DNA of 45,628 bases from an uncultured Bacilli bacterium (GTDB lineage: Bacteria; Bacillota_I; Bacilli_A; RF39; UBA660): NCBI GenBank assembly GCA_944329205.1, contig CALVHY010000053.1, positions 1-45,628 on the forward strand, given 5' to 3'. Shown here piece by piece: positions 45,494-45,628 of the stretch. The notes beneath the pieces are model-generated. The model was given only the letters and a program-made list of their open reading frames with translations, had not been told where the DNA came from and searched no databases. The translations under genes and the position numbers were made by a program. Numbering within the stretch: position 1 is the first letter of the stretch; each line of letters begins with the position of its first letter.

Positions 45494-45628
45494 AAATATC
45501 TCACCTTTCTTTATATATTACTATAGCATATTTGTTTTGTCAAAAGAAAAAAAGGTTCTTAAACATTGAGGAGTGATGGAAGAAATTTATCACTCTTTTA
45601 TTTTCTAAAAATATTAGTAGTAAGCATA

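Overview
A 45.6-kb chromosomal window from a very AT-rich, endospore-forming Firmicute, using the standard code with TGA as a stop. Most genes are on the minus strand and form housekeeping or sporulation blocks. These include tgt and a Xer-type recombinase; a tRNA(CAT)-tRNA-Leu pair; ttcA-like, ylbL/sepM-like and ylbJ-like genes; DedA and trmB; and mreC-mreD-spoIVFA-like-spoIVFB-rplU-prp-rpmA. Further blocks are dacB-spmA-spmB; a Y-family polymerase with YolD; metA, an RNHCP protein and a NUDIX hydrolase; gltX with tRNA-Glu; pro-sigK; yqeG-yqeH-mutL; ylbD/ylbE-like genes; parC; and mraZ-rsmH-ftsL-PBP2B. The feature I cannot assign to any known system is a cassette present at three loci (148-1859, 20784-22795, 36349-39271). 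Each copy pairs a small XRE-family HTH gene, transcribed divergently, with one or two N-terminally membrane-anchored surface proteins. There are four paralogues in total. Three of them share a constant anchor plus two-Cys leader module, fused to two different C-terminal head domains. In locus 1 the first 21 nt of the two divergent genes are identical, so a perfect 21-bp inverted repeat brackets the 155-bp control region. Loci 1 and 3 also share operator-like repeats and a conserved 5'-UTR element. Other points: a Ca2+/cation antiporter gene split by a 1-nt frameshift at a homopolymer; a duplicated 3' end of an Rpn/PD-(D/E)XK nuclease gene; a phased array of MraZ-type boxes; an orphan pseudopilin pair; and a tRNA-Glu(CUC) directly downstream of gltX. 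No CRISPR array, rRNA, intact IS element or prophage was seen. All calls come from reading the sequence and from remembered family motifs; no searches were run.
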